Origin: a virus
Taxonomy: Duplodnaviria > Caudoviricetes
Reading direction: 5' to 3' (one strand)
Length of the DNA: 27,371 nucleotides
Virus record (IMG/VR): IMGVR_UViG_3300037603_000044
Location: 1 to 27,371 of that record
Shown here: positions 17,077 to 24,824 of the stretch, in pieces
Layout of the letters: the number at the start of each line of letters is the position of its first letter
Position numbering within the stretch: the first letter of the stretch is position 1
Position numbers and translations under genes: made by a program
The notes under the pieces: generated by a model
Database searches by the model: none
The model's input: the letters and a program-made list of their open reading frames with translations, nothing else
What the model was told of the DNA's origin: nothing

Positions 17077-17886
17077 CTACACCTTCTTGAGCATTGTATT
17101 CAGAGAATTTCCAAACATCTGATACATCTGCATGGCGTTGTCCTGTACGCCGCCTGGCGCTACGCTATCAATGACGATGACACCCCATGGGTTCTCGTTA
17201 CTTCCGACGGGGATACCGCACATGGATCTGGGAAGCGGTTTGCCCTTGTTGAGTCTGTCATGGACCCAATCAACATCAACGTGGGTTGCTTTGGCATATT
17301 CATCGACACGTTGAGGTACCCGCTTGTGCTGTTCAATTTCGGGGAGGTCTTGAGCAATCAACGTCCGATTGCATGACCAGGTGTGCCCCGCCCAGCCGGA
17401 GGCAGTGCGGTCATCCCGAGATACTACGAAAGCTGCTGTCGATTTTTGCGTTTGATGGCCTGAGCGTGCAACTGGGACAAGAAAAAGGCCTCTCTTAAAC
17501 CAAAGGTCTCTACGCCCGAGGCACCTCCACCATGGGCAAACCCGAAACAATGTTACGCGGTGTGAGTGGTTGGGGTCTTCCAAATACTCCTGAAACAAGG
17601 CGTTTCTGAGTTCGTTGAGTTGCTCGTTGATAGCCTTCCAGACCCAAGGTCTCCCCATCCACTTGACGAGGACTGCCCCACAGATAGCCACCAACGAGGC
17701 AATGGGGATGATGACGTGAGCGTGGCTCGACATCGGATCGATGAAAAAAGCAGACCATTGCCATCCCCGGGCGTCCGTATCAACGCCAGTAGCCCAACCA
17801 GTGACACCTGACACCCCTGCGCCCAAGAACCCCAAGGCGTTGGTCGCGTGGTAAATGATTGCTCTTCTACCCGAATTCACGATCAA
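17077..17886 (-). CDS. Moron gene 1: two N-terminal hydrophobic helices plus GAF-like domain, 269 aa
   Basis: Two hydrophobic segments; RVTLF, GWAGHTW, RSMCGIPV..PWGVIVIDS GAF-type motifs; TTG start; AT-richer. Confidence 0.75.
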   Translation of the reverse strand: MIVNSGRRAIIYHATNALGFLGAGVSGVTGWATGVDTDARGWQWSAFFIDPMSSHAHVIIPIASLVAICGAVLVKWMGRPWVWKAINEQLNELRNALFQEYLEDPNHSHRVTLFRVCPWWRCLGRRDLWFKRGLFLVPVARSGHQTQKSTAAFVVSRDDRTASGWAGHTWSCNRTLIAQDLPEIEQHKRVPQRVDEYAKATHVDVDWVHDRLNKGKPLPRSMCGIPVGSNENPWGVIVIDSVAPGGVQDNAMQMYQMFGNSLNTMLKKV

Positions 17887-18065
17887 GGGACATCCCCAGT
17901 TGCAGACAGGATATTAGCTTAGCAAATAAACCTAAGCCAGTTCATTTGCAGGCAGCATCTTCCCCCCCGCCCCTTGCATTCTGTTCGTGTTCCGTTAGTA
18001 TATTCAATAAGCATCGAAGTTTCATTATTGCCTATTTTGACATGGATTTTCTGCGAGGGGCTGGG

Positions 18066-18482
18066 ATGGGTATGCGGGTCGAGATAGGCGGGGTCGGGTA
18101 CGAGTTGGTGCTGGTGCAGCGCGACCTGTTGCACCCGCGTGACGGCGGGCGGTGTCGGGGGCTGACCTGGCCGGACCGGGCGCTGATCGAGGTGGACGGG
18201 CGGCTGCCGCCCGAGGTGCGGCGGAAGGTCGTATGGCACGAGCTGGGCCACGCGTTCAAGGCCGAGCTGGACGTGAGCGCGGCGCTGCAGCTGCCGGAGG
18301 AGATGTTCTGCGACCTGGTCGCGCTGGCTTTGACACGGCTGAGCCCGAAGCTGTACGCCCGGCTGTGGCTGTTCGCGACGCGAGGTTACGAGGCGGCGGA
18401 CGTGATCATGATCCCCGGCCTGCCCGAGCCGATCCCGGTTATTCGCTATCGCGATCCTTCGACTGCTCACGGCACTGCATGA
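18066..18482 (+). CDS. ImmA/IrrE-like zinc metallopeptidase
   Basis: GLTW...IEVDGRLPPEVRRKVVWHELGHA (HExxH) with downstream EEMFCD; GAGGGG RBS (alternative starts 18042/18072). Confidence 0.75.
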   Translation: MGMRVEIGGVGYELVLVQRDLLHPRDGGRCRGLTWPDRALIEVDGRLPPEVRRKVVWHELGHAFKAELDVSAALQLPEEMFCDLVALALTRLSPKLYARLWLFATRGYEAADVIMIPGLPEPIPVIRYRDPSTAHGTA

Positions 18483-18663
18483 GCTCGGCGATAATGATCC
18501 AAAGGCAGCCGACGATCGACAGCGCCGCTCCAATGATCGTGGTCTTCAGCGTCTCGCCGCTCGAACACATCGTGACCGAGCCGGCCATAAAGACGAGAGC
18601 ACCGAAGATCCAGGCCCCCTTCCAGCCGCCCACGCGGATCTCTTGTTCAGGTTGATCGCTCAT
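18439..18663 (-). CDS. Small two-TM membrane protein, 74 aa
   Basis: Two hydrophobic helices; GAGGAAG upstream; follows repressor candidate. Confidence 0.65.
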   Translation of the reverse strand: MSDQPEQEIRVGGWKGAWIFGALVFMAGSVTMCSSGETLKTTIIGAALSIVGCLWIIIAELMQCREQSKDRDSE

Positions 18664-18722
18664 AGTGACCGTGATCTTCCTCGTGACCTTTGGGCCTTGT
18701 GCTTCAAATCAAACCACTTGAT

Positions 18723-19013
18723 TCACTTCGGGTCTCGCGTGTTGCTTGCCTTCGGCCCTGCCGCGCGCTTGGCTTTGACTTCAGCCTCTTGAACCAGGGA
18801 TCGCGCCCCTCCGATCATGTTCGATGACAGCACCCGCTCGACGAGGGTGTCGCGGGAGGCTTCCGGCTGGGACAAGTAATTGAAGAGTGCGGCCTCCAGG
18901 ATGGTCTGCCGCATGCCCTTTGCGCCGCCGAGCCGCTTGACCTCAGCGTCGAGCTGCACCTTTAAGGCGTGGCGGAGTTGCGTGCCAACCGAGATGCGCT
19001 CGTCATCGCTCAT
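18723..19013 (-). CDS. Ribbon-helix-helix-like DNA-binding protein, candidate repressor, 96 aa
   Basis: ISVGTQL-RHALKVQLDAEVKRLG-GMRQTILEAALFNYL fits the beta-alpha-alpha RHH pattern; divergent from early operon. Confidence 0.65.
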   Translation of the reverse strand: MSDDERISVGTQLRHALKVQLDAEVKRLGGAKGMRQTILEAALFNYLSQPEASRDTLVERVLSSNMIGGARSLVQEAEVKAKRAAGPKASNTRDPK

Positions 19014-19034
19014 TTCAAGACGTTAGCGGAGCGG

Positions 19035-19118
19035 TATCTAGGGTGAGTCAACATTATTTCTAGAAACAGTCTTGACAAGCCGACATCGTCAAGGTAACTT
19101 CTAGAAACACCCTAGATA
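19035..19118. promoter_or_regulatory. Divergent promoter/operator switch
   Basis: Rightward TTGACA(19072-77)-17-TAACTT(19095-100); leftward TTGTCA-16-TAATGT; inverted TATCTAGGGTG/CACCCTAGATA; two TTCTAGAAAC; CTTGAC/GTCAAG. Confidence 0.8.
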
Positions 19119-19121
19119 TCC

Positions 19122-19310
19122 ATGCCCAAGCCAGCCCTCAAACCCGATGCAAAAGACCGCTGCTACGTCACGGTCAAGGACCGGCGCACCGGCAAGTCCA
19201 AGTGCCTGACGGTCTACGACATCCGGCCGGACCGGCTGATCGACCTGATCCGCAAATCCATTAAAGACGCAGACGACAAACGCTCGCCGGCCAACGCCGA
19301 CGCCGCGTGA
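19122..19310 (+). CDS. First early gene (Cro/Ner position), basic 62 aa, no clear HTH
   Basis: Directly after rightward promoter; GC-biased codon usage. Confidence 0.75.
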   Translation: MPKPALKPDAKDRCYVTVKDRRTGKSKCLTVYDIRPDRLIDLIRKSIKDADDKRSPANADAA

Positions 19311-19314
19311 TTTT

Positions 19315-19380
19315 GGTTCGCCGGGCACGGTGCCCGGCGGTTTCTACGAAGGGCTTGATGAGCCCTACCCCTCGCGGGCC
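19315..19380 (+). ncRNA. Candidate structured antisense RNA
   Basis: Two hairpins and possible closing stem; exposed segments complementary to late leader at 16486-16509. Confidence 0.45.
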
Positions 19381-19653
19381 GACCCCTCCGCCGGCCCGCG
19401 GGATTGCCCCCGGAAGCTGGGGCGGCGCGTCACACCCACGCCCGCCCCGGTTTGATCCCCCTCCCTCGGGTGGCCCCCGCCATGGCGGGCCGCCCGGGTT
19501 TCTCCCCGCCCCCGGAAGAGGGGCGGGATTCAGACTCAGGCGTGACACGGCCGTCATGCCAAGCATCTTCGCCCACGCGGCACTCGCAAGGACGCGACCT
19601 TGGACACGAACTTTCCAGCCACGCCAGAACGCACCCCGGAAAGAGGCCAGCCC

Positions 19654-20181
19654 ATGTCGATCGACCTGATGCGCGAGATCAAAGAAGAGGGGGCCAGCTC
19701 GATCGCCGAGCTCCGCGTCATCCTCAACCGCAGCGAGTCCGCCGTCTACGACTACTTCAACCGCACCGAGCTGTCGGCCGGCCAGTTCTTCCGGCTCTTC
19801 GCGCTCGCCAAGTCCGACCGTGTCCGCGAGATCATCCTCAAGCACCTGCTGCCCGGCTCGGGCTGCCAGGTCGTCTGGCTGCCCGACGCGCTGGACGCCG
19901 ACGGCGACGGCGACGTCGATACCGACGACGCGACCAGCCGGGCGATCAACGCCGTCGGCGTGCTGCACAAGACGCTCAAGGCGCTGCGCGACGAGTCGGG
20001 CGACCGCTCGGACGCGGCGAGCCTCCAGGCGATGCGCGAGAGCTTCATCGGCCTGGTCGAGGAAGCGACCGCCGGCCTGGCCATCATCGACTGGCTGATC
20101 AAGCAGGCGATCGCCCACCCCCGCCGGCGCGCCCGGCCGGTGCTGAACGGCGAAACGCGGAAGGGGGCGCGAGGTGTCTAA
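19654..20181 (+). CDS. HTH regulator (CII-like position) with EF-hand-like loop, 175 aa
   Basis: SIAELRVILNRSESAVYDYF HTH; DADGDGDVDTDD loop; AAAGAGG RBS before ATG 19654. Confidence 0.7.
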   Translation: MSIDLMREIKEEGASSIAELRVILNRSESAVYDYFNRTELSAGQFFRLFALAKSDRVREIILKHLLPGSGCQVVWLPDALDADGDGDVDTDDATSRAINAVGVLHKTLKALRDESGDRSDAASLQAMRESFIGLVEEATAGLAIIDWLIKQAIAHPRRRARPVLNGETRKGARGV

Positions 20182-20434
20182 AGGCGCACGCATCCCCGAG
20201 TTGATCCTGCAGCGCGGCGACGCCCGCGGCCAGCGGTGCAAGCTGCAACGCCGCAGGCACTACCGCTACACACGCACCGGCGAGCGCGTCCGCTACGCCG
20301 GGCCCGCGATGCGCGCCGACGGCACCTGGACCGGCCGGGTCAGCATCGAACGCGCCGACGGCCGCAAGGCGTCGGTCGCCCCTTCTTCTTTAGATGCGCT
20401 ATCGAGCGCGAAGGGGGCCGCGCGTGTCGCTTGA
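20174..20434 (+). CDS. Hypothetical basic protein, 86 aa
   Basis: AAGGGGG RBS, overlap coupling. Confidence 0.65.
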   Translation: MSKGARIPELILQRGDARGQRCKLQRRRHYRYTRTGERVRYAGPAMRADGTWTGRVSIERADGRKASVAPSSLDALSSAKGAARVA

Positions 20435-20651
20435 CGATTACGAACTCACCCTCCGCGACGGCTACCGGCTCAAGCCGGTCGGCAACCGCTTCGTCGTCCT
20501 CAACGAGGGCGGCATGGCGGTCGGCCCTCCGCTGCGTTGCGAGAGCTACGCGGTGAAGAAGCTGATCGACCTGCGCATCGAACGAACGCGCCGCGAACGG
20601 CAGCGCCGCGCGGCAGAGGCCCATCGGCAGGGGGAGGCCGTCCATGCTTAG
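20424..20651 (+). CDS. Hypothetical protein, 75 aa (start GTG, MSLDDY); paralogue of next gene
   Basis: AAGGGGG RBS; similarity to 20644..20862. Confidence 0.7.
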   Translation: MSLDDYELTLRDGYRLKPVGNRFVVLNEGGMAVGPPLRCESYAVKKLIDLRIERTRRERQRRAAEAHRQGEAVHA

Positions 20652-20862
20652 CCCGCAAGAAACCTCACTCCAATTCGGCCACCGCATCGACGCGGTCGGT
20701 ACGCAGTTCGTCGTTGTCAATGAACGCGGCGAAGTCCAGGAACGCACCGCCAGCGAGTCGAAGGCGATCAAGGAGCTGCGCAAGCTGCGCGGCGCGTGGC
20801 TCAACGGCAAGTACCACAGCACGGACGCGCCGCCGCCGGCCGGGAGGATTGCCGTCGCATGA
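20644..20862 (+). CDS. Hypothetical protein, 72 aa; paralogue of previous gene
   Basis: GGAGG RBS; shared motif. Confidence 0.7.
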   Translation: MLSPQETSLQFGHRIDAVGTQFVVVNERGEVQERTASESKAIKELRKLRGAWLNGKYHSTDAPPPAGRIAVA

Positions 20863-21254
20863 ACATCACAACGACACAAAACGTCGTCCCCCAACTTCCG
20901 GGGGAGTTCACCTACGAACCGCTCGGCGTGGTGCCCGCGACGATGCACCGCCAGCGCGAGCGACGCCTGGCCAACGGCCGGCGCGTCCAGTGCCCGACCT
21001 GCGGCAGCGTCAAAGCGCCCGGCGCGGTCGTCGCCCACGGCAAGCCGACCTGGTCGACCAAGTACGAGTGCCTCGCCGGGGTCCGGTCCATCTACTGCGA
21101 CGGCTGCGACCACGTCGTCAAGTGGCTGGAGGAGTACCTGGGCGACACGCCGATCGGCGTCGTCCTCGAAGGCCCCGGCTACAGCTCGGGCACCGACTAC
21201 ATCCGCCGCTACCTCACCGCCCACCCACAGGCCCAGGAGGTCGAGCAGGTATGA
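20859..21254 (+). CDS. Zn-ribbon protein, 131 aa (start MNITTT)
   Basis: CPTC and CDGC pairs; GGAGG RBS; ATGA coupling. Confidence 0.7.
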   Translation: MNITTTQNVVPQLPGEFTYEPLGVVPATMHRQRERRLANGRRVQCPTCGSVKAPGAVVAHGKPTWSTKYECLAGVRSIYCDGCDHVVKWLEEYLGDTPIGVVLEGPGYSSGTDYIRRYLTAHPQAQEVEQV

Positions 21255-21451
21255 GTGACCGCACCTTCTTCATGTTGGCATGGTGGATCGCGATGTTCGT
21301 GATCGGTTTCCTGCTCAGCCGTCTGGGCTTTTCGATCGGCGACGTCATCGCGATCGCGGCCGGGCTGGTCGCGGCGATGGTCATCGTGCCCTGCGCCTTC
21401 GCCGGCCTCTTCATCGACCTGGACAAGTACAAGGACCAACGCCAGCAGTGA
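21251..21451 (+). CDS. Small two-TM membrane protein, 66 aa (start MSDRTF)
   Basis: Hydrophobic; ATGA/GTGA coupling on both sides. Confidence 0.7.
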   Translation: MSDRTFFMLAWWIAMFVIGFLLSRLGFSIGDVIAIAAGLVAAMVIVPCAFAGLFIDLDKYKDQRQQ

Positions 21452-23688
21452 CCGCCCTCCGACTCACCCAACCCGACGCCCCGGCCGGTCACATCGACTT
21501 CGCCAACTGGCTCACGCTGGACCAGGCGGCCGACAAACTCGGCATCACCGCCGGCCGGCTGCGTGGCAAAGCGCCCGCGCTCGCGGCCAGGGGCCTGGCG
21601 ACCAAGGCCCAGGCACCCGGGCAGTCGCGGCCGGTCTGGTGGATCGCCCGGCAGTACGACCCGCGGCTCTGGCGCGGCGAGGCGGGGCGCAAACAGCAGC
21701 CGGCCGACCTCGGCCAGCTCACCGCGAAAAACCGCGACCTGGTCCGCCAGCGCATGGCCGCCCTGGACAGGTTCCGCTCGACCCGCGCCGCCGAGTCGCG
21801 GCCGGTCAAGGACTGGCTGCCCGAGCTGATCGACCAGCTCCGCGCCGATTTCCCCGACGCCTCGGTCAGCCGGTCACACCTGTACGAATGGGACAAGGTC
21901 GTGCGGACGCCGGCCGACGCGATCGAGCTGGCCGACGGGCGCGGCGGCGACCAGTACCACGACCGCTACACGGAGTTCTGGAAACGCTTCGAGCTCGACT
22001 TCCTCGACCCCAACCAGCCCAAGGTCAAGCACAGCTACGACCGCGTCCGCCTGGAGATGCGTGCCGAGGGCGCGGACCCCAAGACGATCCCGTCGCTCCG
22101 CACCGTCCACCGCCAGCTCGACGACCGGATCGCCCCGGCGACCCAGGCGTACCACCGCGACCGCGAGGGCGAATACAAGAGCAGGTTCCTGCCGACGATC
22201 CAGCAGGACACCGAGCGCTTCGCGGCTGGCCGCTGCTGGGTCTTCGACCACACGACGATGGACCTGTTTGTCCGCGCGGGTGAGCGCGTGTTCCGGCCCT
22301 ACCTCACGACGGCCCAGGACTGGCGAACCCGCAAGATCGTCGGCTGGTGCCTGACCTACACGCCCAACAGCGACTCGATCCTGATGACGCTGCGCGAGGG
22401 CATCCTCGACCGCTCGAACATGGGCGGGCCCGAGCACATCTGCTTCGACAACGGCAAGGACTTCGACGCGTGGTTCTTCGACGGCCGGACCAAGCAGCAG
22501 CGCCGCCGCAAGGTGCAGAACGACTGGCTGGCCGAGTCGAGTTTCCGCGGGATCTTCGCGGAGATGAAGATCGAGCCGCACTTCTCGATCGCCTACGCCC
22601 CCAACGGCAAGGCGCGGATGGAGCGCTGGTACGGCTACCTGCACGACAGCTTCGAGCGCACCTTCCCCACCTACTGCGGCAAAGACACGACCAGCAAGCC
22701 CGCCGACCTCGACAAGCGCCTGGCCAATCTTCCGGGGGTGCCGACGTATGAGCAGCTGCACGAGCGGCTGAGCGACTGGGTCGACGCGTTCAACCGCCGG
22801 GCCGACCACAACATCGAGGACCTCAAGGACGAGGGGCTGCGCCTCTCGCCGACGCAGGCGATGGCCGCCTGGTGCGACACGCGCCGGATGTTCGGCACCA
22901 GCGACGAGCACGAGCGCGGTGTGCTGGACAAGCTGCTCATGCACCACGACCGCCCGACGTCGGTCGGCAAGACGGGCGTCGGCATCACCGTCGCGGGCAG
23001 CAAGCTCTACTTCGGCCTGGTCCACGGCGTGATCGTCCCCGAGCTGCGCGGCTACCAGGGCCACGCGAAGAAGAAGGTGCGCTGCGCCTACGACCCGCGC
23101 GACCTCTCGGCGATCCACGTGTACGACGACGCCGACGGCCGGCTGATCTGCATCGCGCCCAACAACCAGACCGACTCGGCCGGCGGACGCCAGCGCGTCG
23201 CCGAGGCGCACCGCGCGATCCGGGCCCACCACAAGAAGCTGGCCGACGCCGGGGTCTACCGCGGCCGGCCCAAGCTCAGCGCGCTCGAGTTCCAGCTCGC
23301 GACCGACACGCTGCCCGACGCGCCCGAGCCGTCGACCCGCTCGATCAAGCCGGTTCAAACGGGCTTCGACCAGGCGTCGAAGCAGGCCCAAGAGCAGCAG
23401 TACAAGCAGGCCGCCGGGGCCGAGTTCGACCAGGACGAGGACGAACCGGACATCCTCGACGCTCTGGCGAACCAGGGCGGCCCGAGCCCGACCCAAGACG
23501 ACGAAGAAGACGAGGCCGACGTGTTCAGCCTCGCCGACTTCACCGACCCCTCCACGCCGGCGGACGGTCCGCCGGATGACCAGGAGGATGACGACGACGA
23601 CACGGATGTCTCGCTGACCTTCATGCCCCCCGACGATCGCGACGAGGACGACGACGATCTGCCGGGGGTCCTCGACGTGCTCCGATGA
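21448..23688 (+). CDS. MuA-like DDE transposase, ~746 aa (start GTG)
   Basis: N-terminal HTH, WVFDHT / FDNGKDF / KARMERWY catalytic triad, YDPRDLSAIHVY C-terminal barrel. Confidence 0.93.
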   Translation: MTALRLTQPDAPAGHIDFANWLTLDQAADKLGITAGRLRGKAPALAARGLATKAQAPGQSRPVWWIARQYDPRLWRGEAGRKQQPADLGQLTAKNRDLVRQRMAALDRFRSTRAAESRPVKDWLPELIDQLRADFPDASVSRSHLYEWDKVVRTPADAIELADGRGGDQYHDRYTEFWKRFELDFLDPNQPKVKHSYDRVRLEMRAEGADPKTIPSLRTVHRQLDDRIAPATQAYHRDREGEYKSRFLPTIQQDTERFAAGRCWVFDHTTMDLFVRAGERVFRPYLTTAQDWRTRKIVGWCLTYTPNSDSILMTLREGILDRSNMGGPEHICFDNGKDFDAWFFDGRTKQQRRRKVQNDWLAESSFRGIFAEMKIEPHFSIAYAPNGKARMERWYGYLHDSFERTFPTYCGKDTTSKPADLDKRLANLPGVPTYEQLHERLSDWVDAFNRRADHNIEDLKDEGLRLSPTQAMAAWCDTRRMFGTSDEHERGVLDKLLMHHDRPTSVGKTGVGITVAGSKLYFGLVHGVIVPELRGYQGHAKKKVRCAYDPRDLSAIHVYDDADGRLICIAPNNQTDSAGGRQRVAEAHRAIRAHHKKLADAGVYRGRPKLSALEFQLATDTLPDAPEPSTRSIKPVQTGFDQASKQAQEQQYKQAAGAEFDQDEDEPDILDALANQGGPSPTQDDEEDEADVFSLADFTDPSTPADGPPDDQEDDDDDTDVSLTFMPPDDRDEDDDDLPGVLDVLR

Positions 23689-24824
23689 GCGACCAGCGCG
23701 ACATCTTAGATGGGCTTCAAGACGACGCCCGGAGACTGCGAGTGGCAAGGACGCTGCCCCCCACCGGTGACCTACCCCCCGACCAGATCAAGCTGGTCGC
23801 CGAGGACTTCGAGCGCTTCCTCCAGGCGACGGGCCTGTCCCTGGACAAGGTGAGCAAGTCGCTCGGCTCGGGCTACAGCGCCTCGGTGCTGTCGACCTTC
23901 AAGTCGATCGGGCCCGACGGCCGGACCAAGTACACCGGCAACGTCGACAAGGTCGCCCGCGCGGTCAACGGCTACATGGAGCGCTACGCGCAGCAGCAGG
24001 AGGCGTACCGGCCCGAAGGCTTCGTGCGGACCGAGGCCGCGGTGCGGATGCTCACGGTCGTGCAGCAGGCCCAGCGCTTGCGGGCGATGGGCCTGATCAC
24101 GTCCGACCCGGGCCGGGGCAAGACGATGGTCCTCAAGGCCGCCCAGGCGATCTACCACGGCGCGATCTATATCCGCGTCCGGCGCAAGCGCCGGACCGAC
24201 GCCGGCCTGATCCGGGCGCTGCACGACGAGATGCGGCTGCGGGCCAAGGGCACCGGCTACGACATGGAGCAAAAGATCATCGAGACGCTCGGGGGCACCG
24301 ACCGGATGCTCCTGATCGACGAGGCGCACCAGCTGACAAAGAGCGCGCTGGAGTTCATCCGCGACATCAACGACGAGTGCGAGATCCCGATCGTCCTGGC
24401 CGGCACGCGCGACCTCGAGCAGAACACCCAGGACCAGGGCGTGTTCTTCGGCCAGTTCGCCAGCCGCGTCGCGCTCCGCTACGACGTGAACGACAGCGCC
24501 CGCTCGGGCAAGGGCGGCGCGCCGTCGGACCCGACGATCAACAAGCCGATCCACACGGTCAAAGAGATCCTCGAACTGTTCCAGGGCAGCAAGCTGCGGC
24601 TGACCGACGACGGCCGCGACTTCCTGTTCCAGCTGGCCAACCTCGAAGGGCGCGGCGGCCTCCGCCTGGTCCGCCAGGTGCTGTCGATCGCGATCCCCTA
24701 CGCCAACGGCAAGCAGCTGAGCCGCAAGGTCCTGATGAAAGTCGTGCGCGACATGCATGGCAAACGCCGGGCCGACGTGCAGCTCGCCCGCGAGATCGAG
24801 CAGTTGAAAGTGAAGGCGGCATGA
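23685..24824 (+). CDS. MuB-like AAA+ transposition ATPase, 379 aa
   Basis: N-terminal HTH, SDPGRGKT Walker A, LLIDEAH Walker B, LEFIRDI, SRV finger; coupled to transposase. Confidence 0.92.
   Translation: MSDQRDILDGLQDDARRLRVARTLPPTGDLPPDQIKLVAEDFERFLQATGLSLDKVSKSLGSGYSASVLSTFKSIGPDGRTKYTGNVDKVARAVNGYMERYAQQQEAYRPEGFVRTEAAVRMLTVVQQAQRLRAMGLITSDPGRGKTMVLKAAQAIYHGAIYIRVRRKRRTDAGLIRALHDEMRLRAKGTGYDMEQKIIETLGGTDRMLLIDEAHQLTKSALEFIRDINDECEIPIVLAGTRDLEQNTQDQGVFFGQFASRVALRYDVNDSARSGKGGAPSDPTINKPIHTVKEILELFQGSKLRLTDDGRDFLFQLANLEGRGGLRLVRQVLSIAIPYANGKQLSRKVLMKVVRDMHGKRRADVQLAREIEQLKVKAA

Noticed and set aside
17974-18001. TTGCAT-16-TAGTAT promoter for the peptidase
   Set aside because: Plausible but one of several weak matches in AT-rich DNA; not supportable alone
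19307-19669. 120-aa Pro/Gly/Arg-rich ORF
   Set aside because: No ATG or RBS; composition reflects GC hairpins; better explained as structured non-coding RNA
21874-24758. Long minus-strand ORFs (624 aa, 328 aa)
   Set aside because: Shadows of transposase and ATPase genes
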